From the NCBI RefSeq assembly GCF_009914755.1, contig NC_060942.1: a stretch of DNA of 64,000 bases; one strand, 5' to 3'. Every line of letters begins with the position of its first letter. Within the stretch, counting starts at the first letter, position 1. Below the pieces are notes generated by a model. It ran no database searches and was not told the DNA's origin. It saw nothing but the letters and a program-made list of their open reading frames with translations. This DNA comes from the human T2T-CHM13v2.0 reference genome, Homo sapiens. This document shows positions 60,365-64,000 of the stretch, one piece after another. The translations under genes were made by a program, and so were the position numbers.

Positions 60365-63300
60365 TAGGACACAAAATATATGTTCAAGAGACCAGAAGAA
60401 ATGTTGAACGTGTTAAGCAGAAAAATTGAAAAAATAAAATAAAGATTAAACTTTTAGAGAATAATACTACAATGTCTGTGATGAAATACACTGCATATGA
60501 TTAATGGCATATTATTCACACTGAGAAAAAAAAACAGTTAAACTGAAGACAAATATAAATCTTCTGAAAAAACATAATGAGAAACAAGTTAAAAAATTAA
60601 AAATGAACAAACTATCATTGAGTTGTGAGACAATTTCAAACATTCTCATTTATGTATAACTGCAGTTTCTAGAACCAATGAAATTTAGAAACTCATACAT
60701 CCAAAATGTTTAACAAAACTTAAGCACAGGTGTTAAAAAATATTATACCAAGGAGCATCATGATTAAATTACTCAAAACCATTAATAATGAGAAAATCTG
60801 AAAGGTAGACAACGATATGTTATATATAGAATAACAAAGATAAAGTTGTTAGCAGATGTCTCATCTCAAACAATGCATGCCAAATGACACTGCAGAAACA
60901 TTTTTAAAGTATTGAAAATGAAAAGAAATTAATCCAACTGAGAATTTCTCAACCAATCACAATGATTTTTGTAAAGAGATCAGCTGAATTGAAAGAGAAG
61001 AAACTGAGCTGTCAGGTATTGGAACAGCTAATCCAAAGAACATGTAAAAAAATTAAGAGGTAAGCCTTTAGACACTTAGTGCAATAGTATAAGCAAGAGG
61101 CTAAAACAAAAGAAATTGTTGCATCTCCTTTTTTCATTTCCTCCATGGAACAGCACTCTAATTCAGAGGATAAGCACAGACCTGTGGATCATTTCATTAT
61201 AATGGTAGTGCTACAAAAAACTAAGTCATTTTTTATGGACTCTGGGGTCGGGGGAGTGCAAGGGGAGTGTTAAGAGTGAAAAAGTACTAAGTACATTGTC
61301 AGAGTGGGAAACTGTCTTCAAGGTTTCACCCACTTTACTCAATAAGGAGACCTCATCAGAAATGCTGGAGAAAGACCTCTGCCCAAGGCCACAGATAAAG
61401 CCCTCTTTACACTTTAACACTGGGGCTAGTAATGCAAATATGAGAAGAGCATGACCTAACAGAAGGGACTGTGTCCTTGACTGCAACTCCCTTCAGAGAA
61501 TGCAATGCACTGGTTGTGCATCAAATCTGGTGTGACAAGGGAATGTTTTCGCAGTGACTACTGTACTGCCAGGTCAAGTCTTTATAGCTGCCTATCACCA
61601 GGCCTGAACAAATCACAGTTGTTACACCAAAGCCGTATTCCTAATCTTCAATAAAGGAAAGTGGGATGAAGACTCTTTCTGGTGTACAGCATCAGCACAC
61701 AAGGGGAACTACAATACGATACATGATTAAATGAGTCCTTCAAGAAGAAATAAAATAATACTAGAAGGAAATCTGGATCTATGCAAAAATAGAATCACCA
61801 GAAATGGAAGGTATATCAGTAAATAGAAAGAACTTCTTTAAATTATAATATCATTAAAGGAGAATTGGCTGTTAAAGCAAAAATAATAACAAAGTATTGT
61901 GGAGCATACATCATTTACAGAAGTAAAATGTATGAAATTAACAGCATAAAGATTAGGAATATGCTATTTTAAGCTCCATAAACCATATATAAAGTGGTAT
62001 GATATAACTTAAAATAGATTATAATAATGGTACATGCGCATATAATAAACCTAAAGCAACTACTAAAATAAAATAACAGAGTTTACTACAGGCTACAAAA
62101 TAGATAAAACTGAAGCCTAAAGAATACTCAATCTAAAGAAAAAATAAAAGAAAAAAGTGAGCAAAGGACAGGTGAAAAAAACATACAAGTAGCAAAGCAG
62201 TATGTTTAATATTAACCATAATAATAATCACTCTAAATATTAATGGGATAAAAAAATCAAAGTATGAGATGAGGATTATTAGATTTTTAAAAAGACTCAA
62301 CTATATGTCTTTAAAATGATTTAAAATATAAAGGTACAGTAGGTAAGAATTTAAAGAATGAAAAACATATATCTTGCTCAACTCTAGTCAAAAGAAAGCT
62401 ACAATGGCCATAATATTAGATAATGTAGATTTTGGGACAAAGAATATTAGCAGTGATAAATAATATCATTTCATAATTATAAATTTCATAATTATAAGTG
62501 ATAAACATATCATTTCATAATTATAAATGATAAACAATGTCATTTCATAATATAAAACAATATCATTTCATAAGAATTATGTCAATTCATTAACAGGGCA
62601 CAACTTTTCTAAATGTTTATACACTTAATAACAATGCCTCAAAATAAATGAAATACAAGATGAAATAAAACCTTATTGTATTACAAGAAGAAACACACAA
62701 ATCTATAATTCAAATTGATTCATTTCTATTCAACATTATACTGAAAATTCTATCCAATGAAATAAGAAATGAGAAGCATCTAGATTAAAAAGATAAAAAT
62801 ATGTTTATTTACACAGGGCATAAATACACATATAGAAAATCTTATGAAATCTATAAAAATACTGGTAAAATCTATAGGTAACTTTAGCAGGGTTGGAGGA
62901 TACACGGTCAATATTAAAATCAATTATATTTCTATTTACTAGCAACGCATAAGCAAAATTTAAAATTTATACAACAGTACATTTTATAATAATATAAATA
63001 ATTCAAAGATTGGGACATAAATCTAACAAAAATGTGCAATACCTCTCTATTGCACACTATAAAATACTGCTAAGAGGAATCAAGAAAAATCAATATGATT
63101 GGAGATATTTATGATGATACTGGATCAGAAAACTCAAAATGGTTAAAAATGTCAATTCCCTCCAAAGTGTTGTATAAATGCAATTTTAAAAATACAATTA
63201 AATTAAAATTAAAATACAAAATAAAATTCCAAACAGGTATTTTTATAAAACTTACATGCTCATTCTATAATTATATATGCAAAAGCATGGGGCTTAGAAT

Positions 63301-63700
63301 AACTCAAAGAACATTTTAAAAGAAGAGGAAATTTGGAAGACTATGCCATCTGACTTTAACACATAATGCTACAGTAATCATTATGGTAAAGTATTGGATC
63401 AACAAATAATTTAGTAGAACAAACCACAAAGTGTACAAATACACCTACATTTATGTGATCAATTGATTTTTGAAAAAGTTCAAAAGGTGAATCAATGGAG
63501 AAATAACAGTCTTTGTGCTAAAACACCTGAGTATTCACTTGAGAAAAAGATACTTTCATCCATACTTTACCGTGCATGAGGTCACAAAAAGTGAATACAA
63601 ATTTAGATGAAATACTTGTAATTTCTTTGGCAAAGATTTCTTACAACAATATCAAAGTGCACTTGTTAAAAACTGTTAAATTGGACCATATCAAAATGGA
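60365..63700 (+). mobile_element. Old L1M ORF1/ORF2 remnants
   Basis: catcatgattaaattactcaaaacc; aagactcaactatatg; aaaaatgtcaattccctccaaa; caattgatttttgaaaaag. 60980-61700 looks like an unrelated insert. Confidence 0.75.
62452..62573. repeat. Degenerate minisatellite, five ATTTCATAA cores
   Basis: Unit of about 29 bp, gataaacaatatcatttcataattataa, with truncated copies. Confidence 0.88.
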
Positions 63701-63709
63701 GATAATCTC

Positions 63710-64000
63710 TGTATCAGATCCCATTGCTACTGTAAAGAATTCCCACAACTCAGTGTCTTAAAATGATACACATTTATTGTCTTACAGTTCTATAGGTGAG
63801 ATGTTTAAAATGAATTTCACTGGACTGAAACCAGGGTGCCAGAAAGGTCATGCTTCCACCCAAGTCTCTAGAGGAGAGTCTATTTCCTTACATTTTCCAG
63901 CTTCTCAAAGTGTATTCTATTCCTTGCATGCCTTGGTTCATATTCCACCTCTAGGCCAGCAGCAGAGCATCTTCAAATTTCTCTCTACTCTATCTTCACA
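63710..64000. mobile_element. MLT1 solo LTR, runs off the window
   Basis: ccacaactcagtgtcttaaaatgatacacatttattgtcttacagttct...ctctagaggagagtctatttcctt. Confidence 0.8.

Noticed and set aside
62452-62573. Repeat with short variable gaps, superficially CRISPR-like
   Set aside because: No unique spacers, human context, no cas genes; it is a simple tandem expansion.

Overview
AT-rich human genomic DNA containing the middle of the type II classical cadherin gene CDH19 (cadherin-19) on the minus strand. Eight coding exons (58221 down to 15859) splice at canonical GT-AG sites into one uninterrupted 1458-nt frame (486 codons): signal peptide, short prodomain with RVKR cleavage site, EC1-EC4 and the start of EC5. 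The upstream non-coding exon and the exons for the rest of EC5, the TM and the cytoplasmic tail lie outside the window. The rest is intron filled with Alu, L1, L2, MIR, MaLR/ERVL LTRs, hAT MERs and microsatellites. No prokaryote-type system, RNA gene or CRISPR array is supported. The most notable observations are: (1) two local inverted duplications, each embedded in a TA-rich tract, one a 273-bp ungapped 93%-identical copy with palindromes at its junction; (2) inverted Alus tightly bracketing exons 6-7, a circRNA-type layout; (3) a candidate in-frame alternative last exon in intron 8 that would give a TM-less CDH19; (4) a near-consensus AluYa5; (5) an old L1 with twin-priming architecture. 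Repeat subfamily names come from remembered consensus sequences and need RepeatMasker confirmation. Exon numbers assume a single upstream non-coding exon.
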